From: an uncultured Acidobacteriota bacterium
GTDB taxonomy: Bacteria > Acidobacteriota > Vicinamibacteria > Fen-336
Length of the DNA stretch: 64,000 nucleotides
Direction of reading: 5' to 3'
NCBI GenBank assembly: GCA_963818355.1
Contig: CAWFSB010000003.1
Span: 89,556-153,555, forward strand
The notes under the pieces are model-generated. The model was not told the DNA's origin. It worked only from the letters and a program-made list of their open reading frames with translations, and did not search any database. The stretch's first letter is position 1. Every line of letters begins with the position of its first letter. Positions 34,135-47,259 of the stretch are shown piece after piece. The position numbers and the translations under genes were made by a program.

Positions 34135-34606
34135 ATGACACGACACCTCGGGCTCCTCGGCGCCTGTGCCTGCGGGATCGCGCTCTCCGCCTGCGCCTCG
34201 ACCCCGAAACCAGGACGCAGGAACCGCGACCGCCGGGGACGGGACGGGTCGAGGTGACGGTGACCGGCTTCGGACCGACAAGGGCCAGGCGCTGGTCGCG
34301 CTGTTCCTGAGTGCCGAGGGCTGGCCGAACGACCAGGCGCTCGCCTTCGGCCGGGCCGTCCTGCCCATTCGCGAGGGGAAGGCGGTCGCCGAGTTCGAGG
34401 ACGTGCCCGCCGGTCCCTTCGGCGTCTCCGCCTTCCACGACGAGGACGTCGACGGCGTGCTGGACACGGGGGCCTTCGGCATCCCGTCCGAGGACTACGG
34501 TTTCTCGCGCGACGCGCGGGGCACGTTCGGTCCGCCGGGCTTCGAGGCGGCGCGCCTGGACCTCGCGCCGGGGGAGACGAAGCAGGCTACTATCCGGATC
34601 GAGTAG
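34135..34606 (+). CDS. DUF2141 family lipoprotein (three frameshifts within ~70 nt)
   Basis: MTRHLGLLGACACGIALSACAS (lipobox). After steps at ~34215 (+1), ~34245 (+1) and ~34275 (-1) it reads GRVEVTVTGF and DKGQALVALFLSAEGWP...FHDEDVDGVLDTGAFGIPSEDYGFS, which is DUF2141-like (from memory). Confidence 0.62.
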
Positions 34607-34615
34607 AGCGAGGCC

Positions 34616-36164
<1,549 letters not shown>

Positions 36165-36168
<4 letters not shown>

Positions 36169-37118
36169 GCGAGATCTGGAGATTCGGCCCCGCTCTCCCG
36201 CCCGTCGAGATCCCGGAGTCGGTCCGGACCACCCCGGACTGGAAGCAGGCCCAGCCCGCGGCGATCGCTCGCGCCCTGAAGCGGGCGCTGGAGCGGCCGC
36301 ACGGGAACTGGTACGTCGTCGAGGCCTCCCGGCGCATCGGCCCGACGCCCCGCCGCTTCCGCATCGCGGGGGAGGACCTGGTCGCGTGGCGCGCGGACGG
36401 CGAGATCCTGATGGCCCCGGACGCCTGCCCGCACATGGGGGCCTCGCTCGAGGGGTGCCGCGTGCGGGAGGGGAAACTCGTCTGCCCGTGGCACGGGCTG
36501 GCCCTGGGCAAGGCGGGGCACGGACCGTGGAAGCCGTTCCCGGTGCACGACGACGGAGTCCTCACCTGGGTGCGCGTCGGACCCGAGGACCCCGCGACGC
36601 CGAAGCCGGTGCTCGCGCCGCGGCCCGCGCTCTTCATGGAGGGTGTCGTCCGCCTGGAGGCGCGCTGCGACCCCGAGGACGTCATCGCCAACCGGCTCGA
36701 CCCGTGGCACGGCGCCCACTTCCACCCCTACTCGTTCGCCGCCCTGACCGTCCTCGGCTCCGACGACGACGTGCTCAAGGTGCGGGTGGCCAAGCGTCTC
36801 GTGGGCCGCCTCTGCGCCGAGACGGACGCGACCTTCCACAGCCCGGAGCCGCGCACGATCGTCATGACCATCGTGGAGGGCGAGGGGAAGGGGTCGGTCG
36901 TCGAGACGCACGCGACGCCGATCGAGCCGGGCCGGACCGCGGTCGTCGAGGCGACGCTCGCCACGTCCGACCGGAAGGGCTTCCGCCACGCGGTGAAGCT
37001 GGGCCGGCTCATCCGGCCCTTCATCGAGCGCTCCGCCCGCCGTCTCTGGGTCGACGACGCCGCGTACGCGGAGCGCCTCTCCGAGCGGCGCGGCGGGTCG
37101 GCCCCCGGGAGACCGTAG
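36165..37118 (+). CDS. Rieske [2Fe-2S] domain protein (DUF5914-like C-terminal domain)
   Basis: Intact ORF with CPHMGASL...CPWHG (CxH...CxxH). The C-terminal domain carries DPWHGAHFHPYSF. Translationally coupled to the flavoprotein gene. Confidence 0.8.
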
Positions 37119-37153
37119 ACGCTTCCCGTCGTCCGCCTGGGCGCCGGCGTCGA

Positions 37154-38116
37154 TCAGAACGCCGTTTCGTCGAGGGAGGCGCCGCGCGACCACAGCCCCC
37201 GGCGCGGCGGGTGCCGCCGCCGCCGGCCGAGCGTGACGGCGGCCACCGCGGTGCCGAGACCGCGCGCGATCCAGAGTGCCTTGCGGGCCGGGGACACCGC
37301 ACAGCGCGTGTCCCAGGCCCTGGGCCCGCGGGCGAGCACCAGGCTCCCGATGTCCTTGTAGACGCCGCGCGCCACCGCGACGGCCCATGCCGAGCGGAAC
37401 CGCAGGCGCTCGACGCCGAGGTCGGCGGAGGCATAGTAGAGCTCCGCCTCGGCGAGCAGGCAGCCCACGATGCCGGCCAACGCCTCGCGGTGCCGGGGAA
37501 GGGCCAGCTCCTCCGGCGCGATGCCGGACTGGCGCAGCCAGGACAGGGGCAGGTACACCCGCCCGACCCGCGCGTCCTCGACCACGTCGCGGGCGATGTT
37601 CGTGAGCTGCAGCGCGATCCCCAGGTCCGCCGCGCGCCGCCGCGCGGCCTCCTCTTGCACGCCCATGACGTGCGACATCATCAGGCCGACGACGCCGGCC
37701 ACGTGGTAGCAGTAGGCGAAGACGTCGTGAAGCGTCTCGTAGCGGCGGCCCTCGACGTCCATCGCGAATCCCTCGAGGAGCTCGAGGGGATAGACGTGCG
37801 GGATCGCGTGCTGCTGCACGACCCGTCGCAGCGCCTCGAAGACGGGGTCTGCCGCCTCTGCACCCTCGAGCGCCCGGTGGGTGGCCGCGCGCAGCCGCTC
37901 GAGCCGGTCACGCTGCGCGGCCTTGTCCGCCGGAGAGCCCGCATCGCGGAAGCCGAGCGTCTCGCCGTCGATCGCGTCGTCGCAGTGGCGGCACCAGGCG
38001 TAGAGCAGATAGGCCGCGTCGCGGGTCGCCGGGTCGAACAGCCGAGCGGCGGCCGCGAAGCTCTTCGAACCGTCCCGGATCATGGCACGGCAGCGCTCGA
38101 CGAGCGGATCACGCAC
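37154..38116 (-). CDS. crtB: Phytoene (or squalene/phytoene family) synthase
   Basis: Intact 320-aa ORF. It has YAWCRHCDDAID, YCYHVAGVVGLMM and QLTNIARDVVEDARVGRVYLP. Confidence 0.85.
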   Translation of the reverse strand: MRDPLVERCRAMIRDGSKSFAAAARLFDPATRDAAYLLYAWCRHCDDAIDGETLGFRDAGSPADKAAQRDRLERLRAATHRALEGAEAADPVFEALRRVVQQHAIPHVYPLELLEGFAMDVEGRRYETLHDVFAYCYHVAGVVGLMMSHVMGVQEEAARRRAADLGIALQLTNIARDVVEDARVGRVYLPLSWLRQSGIAPEELALPRHREALAGIVGCLLAEAELYYASADLGVERLRFRSAWAVAVARGVYKDIGSLVLARGPRAWDTRCAVSPARKALWIARGLGTAVAAVTLGRRRRHPPRRGLWSRGASLDETAF

Positions 38117-38321
38117 CCTGGCCTCCCATCGCGGCTTCCGAGAACGGTGCGCCGGCCGGAGCCGGCAGCAGTAGGCTGGACGACGTGGAGATCATGGCTT
38201 CGCCAACCGCGGTGAAACGAGGAGGTTAGCACAGGACGACGGCGGTTCACCGGGCCGCCTTCGACGGGCCACGGGCCTCCCCGGCTGCCCTGCGGCGCAG
38301 ACTCGAGCCGTCGTCGCGACG

Positions 38322-39728
38322 TCAGAACCGGAAGTAGATGAACGCCTTCTCGGCCGCGCCCCAGAACAGGTGCGTGACCGAAGCCACCGCGACTCCGGCG
38401 GCGACCCACAGGGCGCCCCGCCCGACCCACGCCCACCCGAGCCAGCCGCGCCGCCGGTGCCGGTGGGGAGGCCAGCAGCGGGACGCGAAAGACGTCGACC
38501 AGGACCAGGACCACGGCCCCGAACCAGGAAGCCGAGCGAGGGCGGCGTCCAGCCCCCGTGCCCCAGGGCGCGGTAGCACGCGAGGACGGAGCCCATGTCG
38601 GCGGCCCGGAAGGGAACCCAGGCGAGGAAGACGGCGACCCAGACCAGCGGGAGGGTCAACGCCGCGGGCGCTCGCCGCCAGAAGCCGCGGCTCGACGCCC
38701 TCCAGCAGGATGAGCGCGGCGTGCATCGCTCCCCAGAGGAGGAAGGTCCAGCCCGCGCCGTGCCACAGGCCGCTCAGCAGCAGGGTGGCCACGACGTTCG
38801 CCCGCTGCCGTGCCGGTCCCCTGCGGTTTCCGCCGAGCGGGACGTACACGTAGTCGCGGAACCACGTCGAGAGCGAGATGTGCCAGCGCCGCCAGAACTC
38901 GCGGAAGCCCCGCGCCGCGTAGGGCCGGTCGAAGTTCTCGACGAGGTCGACGCCGAGGGCGTGGCTCGCTCCCTGGGCCATCCGGCGTGTATCCGCTGAA
39001 GTCGCCGTAGATCTGCAGCCCGAAGGCCACGATCCCGAGCGACCGCGTCGGAGGAGGAAGCGCCGGCGGGGGCGTCGAAGAAGGCGTCCGCGGTCTGAGG
39101 CGAGGACGTCGGCGGCCAGCTTGCGGATCCAGCCCTCCGCGAACAGCGCCGCGGCGTGCGGCAGGCGGGACGCGAAGCCGGCCTTGCCGTCGTCGACGGC
39201 GACGAGCTGCGGCAGCAGGTGGCCCGGCCGCTCGATCGGGCCGGCCACGAGCTGCGGGAACCAGGACACGTAGAGCGCGTAGTGGACGAAGTTGCGGCAG
39301 GGAGCGATACGCCCGTGGAGCACGTCCATCACGTAGGCGAACGACTGGAAGACGTGGAAGCTGATGCCGATCGGCAGCACCACGTCGACCCGCGGCATCT
39401 CCACGTGAAGGCCGAGCAGCCGAGGGCGGCGCCCGCGCTGTCGAGGCCGAAGTTCGCGTACTTGAAGTAGGCCAGGGTGCCGAAGTTCACGACGAAGCTG
39501 ACGAGGACGCCGTGCCACCGCGCCCGGAACCGGCCGGCGAGGAGGCCGATCGCGTAGTCCGACAGCCGTCAGCAGGAGCAGCAGGACCACGTAGTAGGGC
39601 TGGATGTAGCCGTAGAAGAAGTAGGAGGCGGCCGTGAGCGCCATCAGCAGCCACGGGCCCCGCAGGAGCCCGTACAGCAGGACCACGACGCCGAAGAAGA
39701 CGGCGAAGTCGAGGGTGTGGAAGAGCAC
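38322..39728 (-). CDS. MBOAT family O-acyltransferase (AlgI/DltB/PatA-like), about eight frameshifts
   Basis: GTG start 4 nt after the upstream stop. Motifs: GISFHVFQSFAYVMDV, WFPQLVAGPIERP, GLQIYGDFSGYT, FWRRWHISLSTWFRDYVYVPLGGNRRG and LLSGLWHGAGW. The pieces lie in all three reverse frames (parts of track ORFs 38322..41654, 38656..39030, 38192..38659 and 38080..38514). Confidence 0.8.
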   Translation of the reverse strand: MLFHTLDFAVFFGVVVLLYGLLRGPWLLMALTAASYFFYGYIQPYYVVLLLLLTAVGLRDRPPRRPVPGAVARRPRQLRRELRHPGLLQVRELRPRQRGRRPRLLGLHVEMPRVDVVLPIGISFHVFQSFAYVMDVLHGRIAPCRNFVHYALYVSWFPQLVAGPIERPGHLLPQLVAVDDGKAGFASRLPHAAALFAEGWIRKLAADVLASDRGRLLRRPRRRFLLRRGRSGSWPSGCRSTATSADTRRMAQGASHALGVDLVENFDRPYAARGFREFWRRWHISLSTWFRDYVYVPLGGNRRGPARQRANVVATLLLSGLWHGAGWTFLLWGAMHAALILLEGVEPRLLAASARGVDPPAGLGRRLPRLGSLPGRRHGLRPRVLPRPGARGLDAALARLPGSGPWSWSWSTSFASRCWPPHRHRRRGWLGWAWVGRGALWVAAGVAVASVTHLFWGAAEKAFIYFRF

Positions 39729-39730
39729 GG

Positions 39731-40948
39731 TCAGTCGCCGGCGCCGGAGCGCACCTTCGAGGTCGCGGGAGTCCGCGCCGCGATGAGCCGGCCGAGGGCG
39801 TCGTTCCCCGCGGGGCTGAGGTGCACCCCGTCGGGGTGAAGTCGGGCGAGGTCCGCAGCGACGAGCCTCGGGAGCGCCTCCAGCATGTCGATCACCTGGG
39901 CGGAGCCGCGCGCGGCGACCCGGCGGACGACCCGCGTGATCAGCTCGACCTCGGCGCCGAGGGCCGCACGCTCGCTGCCGTGGACGCGGGCCGGCTCCTC
40001 GAGGAAGCCCTGGACGCTCATGCCCGCGAGCTCGTCGTCGGTGACGTCGAAGTAGGGGCCGTAGGGCGTCACGAAGTAGAGGGCGATCGACTTCTCGGCG
40101 CAGAAGGCCGCCATCGCGGCCAGCGGCGCGGCGAGCTCGCGCTCGCGCCTCTCCTCCCAGGCGCGAACGTCCTCCGGCGGCCTCGGGGACGGGCCGCCGG
40201 CGGCGGCGGGCACGGCGCTCGCGGGGAGCGGCGACCGTCGGCTCGCGGCGAGCGGGTCCGGCGTCGGGCGGCCCGAGGCCGGAGGGGCAGGCCGGTCGTC
40301 CGCCGGACCCACCGGCGCGCCCGGCGGGGCTCGTCGAAGAGGGCGAGGAGGGCGCTTCTCTCGGAGCCGCGCCTGAGGAGCGCCCTCGACCAGCCGAGCC
40401 TCTCGACCGGCTCATCGGGCGACGCCTCGGCCGGGTGAACGGCGGGCCAGGCGGGCGGCGCCGACCTGCAGGTCCACCACCGCCACCACCGCGTCGGGCT
40501 GGAACTGGTGGACGTAGGCCTGGAGCTGCGCGGACACGTTGACGATGGTGAAGGCGTGGGTGCCGAAGTTCAGGACCTCCGCGCGGGTGGCCGGCCGCCG
40601 GAGCTCGCGCTCGACGACGGCGGGGATCGTGTCGGCGAAGCCGCATCGCCATGCCGTACGACCACCGACGACCCGAGCACGGCGACGCGCAGCGTCTCCG
40701 GCGGCACGCGCCAGCGCGTAGGAGCGCGGCGCGTGCAGGCCGAGGTCGTTGGTGACGAGCGCCTCCTCGCCGGAGACGCCGGGCCGCAGGCGGAAGCCGG
40801 TCCAGCCGTCGGGAACGACGCGGGACAGCTCCGCCGCCGCGCGCGGGCCGAGCTCCGCCGCGCGAAGGCCCAGCTCGGACGGCGCCGGCCAGGACGCCGC
40901 CAGCACGACCGCCACGGCGAGGGCGAAACGGAGGAGGCCGCCCACCAT
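39731..40948 (-). CDS. DltD/SGNH-like acyl-transfer partner protein of the MBOAT (at least five frameshifts)
   Basis: ATG at 40948 with N-terminal anchor MVGGLLRFALAVAVVLAASW. It has TLRVAVLGSSVVYGM (a GSS block as in DltD) and a C-terminal LHPDGVHLSPAGNDALG (DxxH block). The central 40300-40450 part cannot be rebuilt with confidence. Confidence 0.5.
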
Positions 40949-41213
40949 CGCGCACACGGACGCTTCGGGCGCCGGTTGTCGCCCCGGGAGGGTGGGTGAC
41001 GCTGGCGACATTCCTGGCTTGCCTGAGCGATCCTCCGGACGAGCGGCGGGTGGGGGCGGCCGACCCGACGATCGTACCCCGCGTCCGAGCGCGACGCATC
41101 GAGCCCGTCGAACATGCAGCCGGCCGGGGATCGTCGCGCCGCCGCCTCGCTGCTCCGGCTGGCCCTCGCGCGCCGCTGAGCCGCGTCCGTCGCGGATTGA
41201 CCGGGCCGCCTCC

Positions 41214-41227
41214 TAGACATAGTCTAG
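41214..41227. promoter_or_regulatory. 14-bp palindromic operator-like site TAGACATAGTCTAG overlapping a TANNNT -10-like hexamer, 4 nt before the fur-family start
   Basis: Perfect dyad TAGAC-ATA-GTCTA and an AT-rich island in GC-rich DNA. A second copy identical at 13 of 14 positions lies at 41659-41672 upstream of katG. Confidence 0.55.
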
Positions 41228-41231
41228 ACGG

Positions 41232-41630
41232 GTGTCCGACCTCATGGCGCTGCTCCGCACGAAGGGGGTCCAGCCGACGCCCCAGCGGCTCGCCGTGGCC
41301 CGGTTCGTGCTCGGCACCGACTCCCACCCGACCGCGGACGAGGTCTGGGCGAAGGCCCGGCGCGAGTGTCCGACTCTCTCCCGGGCCACGGTGTACAACA
41401 CGCTGAACCTCCTGGCGAAGAAGCGGCTCCTGAAGGCCCGGGTGATCACGGAAGGCGTCGTCGTCTTCGACCCTCACGTCGAGAGGCATCACCACTTCGT
41501 GGACGAGAGGACGGGGCGGATCCACGACGTCCCCTGGGAGGCGGTGAGGGTCACCGGGGAGTCGAGCCTGCGGGGCTTCGAGGTCCGTGAGTACCAGGTC
41601 GTGATGCGGGGGCGGAAGAAGCCGGCCTAG
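41232..41630 (+). CDS. Fur family transcriptional regulator (FurA/PerR-like, peroxide-responsive type inferred from context)
   Basis: Intact 132-aa ORF with GTG start. It has a winged helix (PTPQRLAVARFVL...HPTADEVW...SRATVYNTLNLL) and His-rich HVERHHHFVD. There are no C-terminal CxxC pairs. It lies directly upstream of katG. Confidence 0.85.
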   Translation: MSDLMALLRTKGVQPTPQRLAVARFVLGTDSHPTADEVWAKARRECPTLSRATVYNTLNLLAKKRLLKARVITEGVVVFDPHVERHHHFVDERTGRIHDVPWEAVRVTGESSLRGFEVREYQVVMRGRKKPA

Positions 41631-41658
41631 CGGCTCTTCTCCTTTTTTTGGCATGCGT

Positions 41659-41672
41659 TAGACATAATCTAG
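41659..41672. promoter_or_regulatory. Second copy of the operator-like site (TAGACATAATCTAG) in the fur-katG intergenic region
   Basis: 13 of 14 positions match 41214-41227. It is followed by an unusually AT-rich leader and then GGAGGAG-N4-ATG of katG. Confidence 0.5.
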
Positions 41673-43916
<2,244 letters not shown>

Positions 43917-43956
43917 CCGCGACCAGCCGCCTGAACGACGCCGGACGCAGGGGAAG

Positions 43957-43989
43957 GGGTCCTCGGGTCGTAGGTCGATCCGAGGGCCC
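43957..43989 (+). terminator. GC-rich hairpin 41 nt after the katG stop (possible terminator, no U-tract)
   Basis: GGGTCCTCGG (43957-43966) pairs with CCGAGGGCCC (43980-43989) with one G-U. The inner pairs extend the stem to about 14 bp with a 5-nt loop. Confidence 0.35.
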
Positions 43990-44089
43990 ACACTCCGCTG
44001 AACGATGAGACCGCCGCCGCGACGTGCCCGCGTTCCTGCGCCTCAGGGGCGGCGGCCGGCCGCCTACATGAAGCGCACGACGCTGCGGC

Positions 44090-44095
44090 TAGAAT
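44090..44095 (+). promoter_or_regulatory. -10-like hexamer TAGAAT(CC) upstream of the Gfo/Idh/MocA gene at 44126
   Basis: GCTAGAATCC, 31 nt before the ATG. Confidence 0.35.
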
Positions 44096-44125
44096 CCAGC
44101 CTGGGTCGCGAGCCCGCGACGGAGG

Positions 44126-45499
44126 TTGCCCATGCCCGAAAGACACGAGTCCGACCGAAGAGCCTTCATCCGGACGTCCGCGCTCGCCGCGGGAGCCCTG
44201 GGGCTGCCACGCGTCTCGATCGCCCGCCCCGGCGGGTCGCCGAACGGGAAGATCGCCGTGGCCGTGGTCGGCGTCGGCGGGCAGGGCGCCTACGCGGTCG
44301 AGCAGGCGGCCACCGAGCGCCTCGTGGCCTTCTGCGACGTGGACGACCAGAGGGCGTGCAAGGCCTACGCGGCGCACCCGGACGTGCCCCGCTTCAAGGA
44401 CTTCCGGGTGATGCTGGACAAGATGCACAAGCAGATCGACGCCGTGACGATCTCGACGCCCGACCACAACCACTTCCCGATCGCGATGGCGGCCATGGAG
44501 CTCGGCAAGCACGTCTTCGTCGAGAAGCCGCTCGCCCACAACATCTGGCAGGCGCGGACGCTGCGCAAGGCCGCGCGGCACTACGGCGTCGTCACGCAGA
44601 TGGGAAACCAGGGCCACACGTTCGAGGGCATGCGCCGCATCAAGGAGTGGGTGGACGCCGGGGTGGTCGGCGACGTCTCGGAGGTGGTCACCTGGACCGA
44701 CCGCCCGAACGACCCCTGGTTCATCCCGCCGCGCAGCTTCCCGCCGCCCGCGATGTGCCCGCCCGCCGACCTCGACTGGGACCTGTGGCAGGGGCCCGTC
44801 GCTGCGCGCGAGTACTCCCGCGCGTACGTGCCGGTGACGTGGCGCGGGTGGTGGGCCTACGGGTGCGGCTCGCTGGGGGACATCGGCTGCCACACCTTCG
44901 ACGCCCCGTTCTGGGCGCTCGACCTGGGCGCGCCCACCCGGGTCCAGGCCTTCCGTGAGCCTCCTCCCGGAGACGGCTTCGTCTCGATGAACTCGGTCGT
45001 CACCTACCAGTTCCCGGCGCGCGGGACGAAGCCGCCGGTCACGCTGACGTGGTACGAGAGGGGCTACGACGTGCCGAAGCCCCGGCGCTGGGAGCCGGAC
45101 AAGCCCCTGCCCGTCGAGGGCGGCATGTACATGGAGGGGACGAAGGAGACGCTCTTCCACGCCGGGATGCGCCCGGAGAGCCCGATGCTCACGCCGGCCG
45201 CGCGCTTCATGGAGGTGAAGGACGAGCTGCGTCGGATCCCCAGGCGGCCCCCGGTGGGCGACGGCCCGATCGAGGAGTGGCTCCGGGCGATCAAGGGCGA
45301 CGGCCCCGCGCCCGGTTCGAGCTTCGACTACGCCGCGCCGCTCACCGAGGTGGTCCTGCTGGGCGTGATCGCCCAGCGCACCGGCCGTACCATCGAGTGG
45401 GACGCGGAGGCGATGAAAGTCAAGGGCCAGCCCGACCTCGACGCTCTCGTCAGGGAGCCGGCGCGAGAGGGCTGGCGGTACGGTGAGAACCTCGCCTGA
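44126..45499 (+). CDS. TAT-exported Gfo/Idh/MocA family oxidoreductase
   Basis: Intact 457-aa ORF. It has twin-arginine signal SDRRAFIRTSALAAGALG, Rossmann start IAVAVVGVGGQG, STPDHNH and FVEKPL. Confidence 0.85.
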   Translation: MPMPERHESDRRAFIRTSALAAGALGLPRVSIARPGGSPNGKIAVAVVGVGGQGAYAVEQAATERLVAFCDVDDQRACKAYAAHPDVPRFKDFRVMLDKMHKQIDAVTISTPDHNHFPIAMAAMELGKHVFVEKPLAHNIWQARTLRKAARHYGVVTQMGNQGHTFEGMRRIKEWVDAGVVGDVSEVVTWTDRPNDPWFIPPRSFPPPAMCPPADLDWDLWQGPVAAREYSRAYVPVTWRGWWAYGCGSLGDIGCHTFDAPFWALDLGAPTRVQAFREPPPGDGFVSMNSVVTYQFPARGTKPPVTLTWYERGYDVPKPRRWEPDKPLPVEGGMYMEGTKETLFHAGMRPESPMLTPAARFMEVKDELRRIPRRPPVGDGPIEEWLRAIKGDGPAPGSSFDYAAPLTEVVLLGVIAQRTGRTIEWDAEAMKVKGQPDLDALVREPAREGWRYGENLA

Positions 45500-45555
45500 C
45501 GCCGTTTTCGTCGTGCCGATTCGTGGCTGGCGCTTGCTGTTGCTCGAAGTGAAGG

Positions 45556-45972
45556 CTAGCCGAGGGTCGCCCTCATCCGGGTGGCCGTCTCGCGCAGCGT
45601 CGGGAACCGGGTCCACTGCTCGTCCTTGCAGGTCTCGAAGTCCGGGCAGTGGGCGCAGGTCTGGAGGCCTCGCCTGGTCGCGCACTGCTTGAGCGTGCAG
45701 TTGAAGAGCGCCTTCGCCGACTTGCAGCCCAGGCACTCGATCTCGTCCGGCTTCATCTTCCAGCGCGCCGCGACCTCGGCGCGCAGCGCGTCGTCTCTCC
45801 GGATCGTCGCCAGGTAGGCGTCGCACTTCGAGCAGTCGAGGCAACAGAAGGCGATCATCTCGAATCTCTTGGGCGCCTTGTCGCCCTCACGGGCGGCCGC
45901 CTCCCGGCAGAAGCAGCACGCCACGAAAGCGGCCCCTCCCACGAGCACTGCCCTGCGGTCATCCAAGATCAT
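45556..45972 (-). CDS. DUF3795 family Cys-rich protein
   Basis: CCLDCSKCDAY...CLGC...C..C...CAHCPDFETC. The real start may be the internal ATG at 45858 (MIAFCCLDC...), which fits the usual ~100-aa size. Family from memory. Confidence 0.6.
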   Translation of the reverse strand: MILDDRRAVLVGGAAFVACCFCREAAAREGDKAPKRFEMIAFCCLDCSKCDAYLATIRRDDALRAEVAARWKMKPDEIECLGCKSAKALFNCTLKQCATRRGLQTCAHCPDFETCKDEQWTRFPTLRETATRMRATLG

Positions 45973-46126
45973 GGTCGTCCTCCTCGTCCACGAGAGTCCC
46001 TCGCGCCAGAGACCTTGACGAGGCGAAGGTTCTCGGCGTTCCCTCGCCCTTTGCCCGGCCCCCTCGACGGGGCGAGGGCGTTGCCCCGGAGGAAGGCCGC
46101 GCGAAGGATGGTGACGTGAGGCGCAG

Positions 46127-46449
46127 ATGAGCCGAATCGCCTGGATCCTGGCCGTCTCGTTCGCCGCTCTTTCGCCGGCCGGAGCAACCGCGCCGGCGAC
46201 GGACGAGGCGCCAAGCCGCGAGGCCGCGCCGAGTCCTGGATTTCACGGACGGGCGGCCGGGTCTGGGTCGACGAGGAGGCCAAGCGGCTCCTGCGCCTGG
46301 AGGTCCAGGTCAAGAGGGCCCTTAGGGTCGGGGGCGGACTCCTCGTGTCGGTGGGGCCGGGATCGTCGCTCGTGTTCGAGCAGGCTCTCGTGAACGAGGA
46401 TGTCTGGCTGGCCATAGGGGGCGCTCAGGCCGGCCGGTTGCCGGCCTGA
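46127..46449 (+). CDS. Small secreted protein of unknown function (two inferred frameshifts)
   Basis: Signal peptide MSRIAWILAVSFAALSPAGATA. After two +1 steps (~46235, ~46255) a protein-like frame reads RVWVDEEAKRLLRLEVQVKRALRVGGGLLVSVGPGSSLVFEQALVNEDVWLAIG and ends at TGA 46447-46449. Weak call. Confidence 0.3.
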
Positions 46450-47210
46450 GCCTGGCTCCGTACCGTGGCGGCGAAGACGGCGCGCATGAGCCACGGCGCC
46501 CAGCGATAGACCACGTGCAGCACGTGCAGGAGCGACGAGGCGTAGACCAGGAACCGGCGGCTGCCGATCGCGCGACAGATCACCCGCGCGACGTGCTCCG
46601 GCGTGTGGAACATCCACTCGGGCTGCTTCGTCGCTCCCACGTTGCCCGCCGCGCCCATCGCCGTGCGCACGAGCAGCGGGCAGACGCACGAGACGCGGAC
46701 GCCGAGCGGGGCGAGCTCTGCGCGCTGGTACTCGGACAGCCACAGCACCCCGACCTTGACCGGCCCGTAGGCCGGGTACCCGGGGAACGGGAGGAGCGCG
46801 GCGCCGGAGCCGAGGTTCAGGACGTGGCCTCGGGCCGCGACGAGCATCGGAAGAAAGGCCCTCGTCGCGAGCGCGACGGAGAGGAGGTTGACCTCGAACA
46901 GGCGGCGCCAGTCCGCCTCGCTCGCGTCCTGCCAGCCGCCGATGCGCAGGATGCCCGCGTTGTTGACCAGGACGTCGACGCGCCCGAATCGCTCCCGGCA
47001 GGCCTCGGCGAAAGCCTCGAGCTGCGCCGGCTGGCTCACGTCGACGACGCGCGAGAGCGCGGCGCCGCACTCCGTCGCCGTGCGTTCGGTCGCCACGGGG
47101 TCGACGTCGCAGATCGCGAGAGCGTAGCCGTTACGGCCCAGCTCGAGCGCGGTCGCCCGCCCGATGCCGCCCGCGGCCCCCGTGATGACCGCCACTCGCT
47201 TGTCGCTCAT
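46425..47210 (-). CDS. Short-chain dehydrogenase/reductase (SDR)
   Basis: ATG 47210 after GGGGAGAGG. It has TGAAGGIGRA, NNAG and a YxxxK motif (YGPVK). Confidence 0.85.
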   Translation of the reverse strand: MSDKRVAVITGAAGGIGRATALELGRNGYALAICDVDPVATERTATECGAALSRVVDVSQPAQLEAFAEACRERFGRVDVLVNNAGILRIGGWQDASEADWRRLFEVNLLSVALATRAFLPMLVAARGHVLNLGSGAALLPFPGYPAYGPVKVGVLWLSEYQRAELAPLGVRVSCVCPLLVRTAMGAAGNVGATKQPEWMFHTPEHVARVICRAIGSRRFLVYASSLLHVLHVVYRWAPWLMRAVFAATVRSQAQAGNRPA

Positions 47211-47259
47211 CCTCTCCCCCAAGGTCCTTGATCGGGTGTCCCGCACCTGCGGCGCGGGG

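Noticed and set aside
40412-40414. A TGA flanked on both sides by the same reading frame of the DltD-like gene, considered as selenocysteine or programmed read-through.
   Set aside because: The residues on both sides of the TGA in that frame are Arg/Pro/Gly-rich nonsense. A different frame (PAEASPDEPVERLGWSRALLRRGSERSALLALFDEP) looks coding there, so two compensating frame errors explain it. No SECIS-like hairpin was evident.
41641-41652. A run of seven T (ccTTTTTTTgg) right after the fur-family stop, considered as an intrinsic terminator.
   Set aside because: No stable GC-rich stem precedes the T-run. It is more likely part of the AT-rich katG promoter/operator region.
38322-41654. A 1110-aa reverse ORF that looks like one giant protein.
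   Set aside because: Only short stretches of it are protein-like (pieces of the MBOAT and of the DltD-like gene). The rest is out-of-frame read-through, and the upstream third is antisense to the fur-family gene region.
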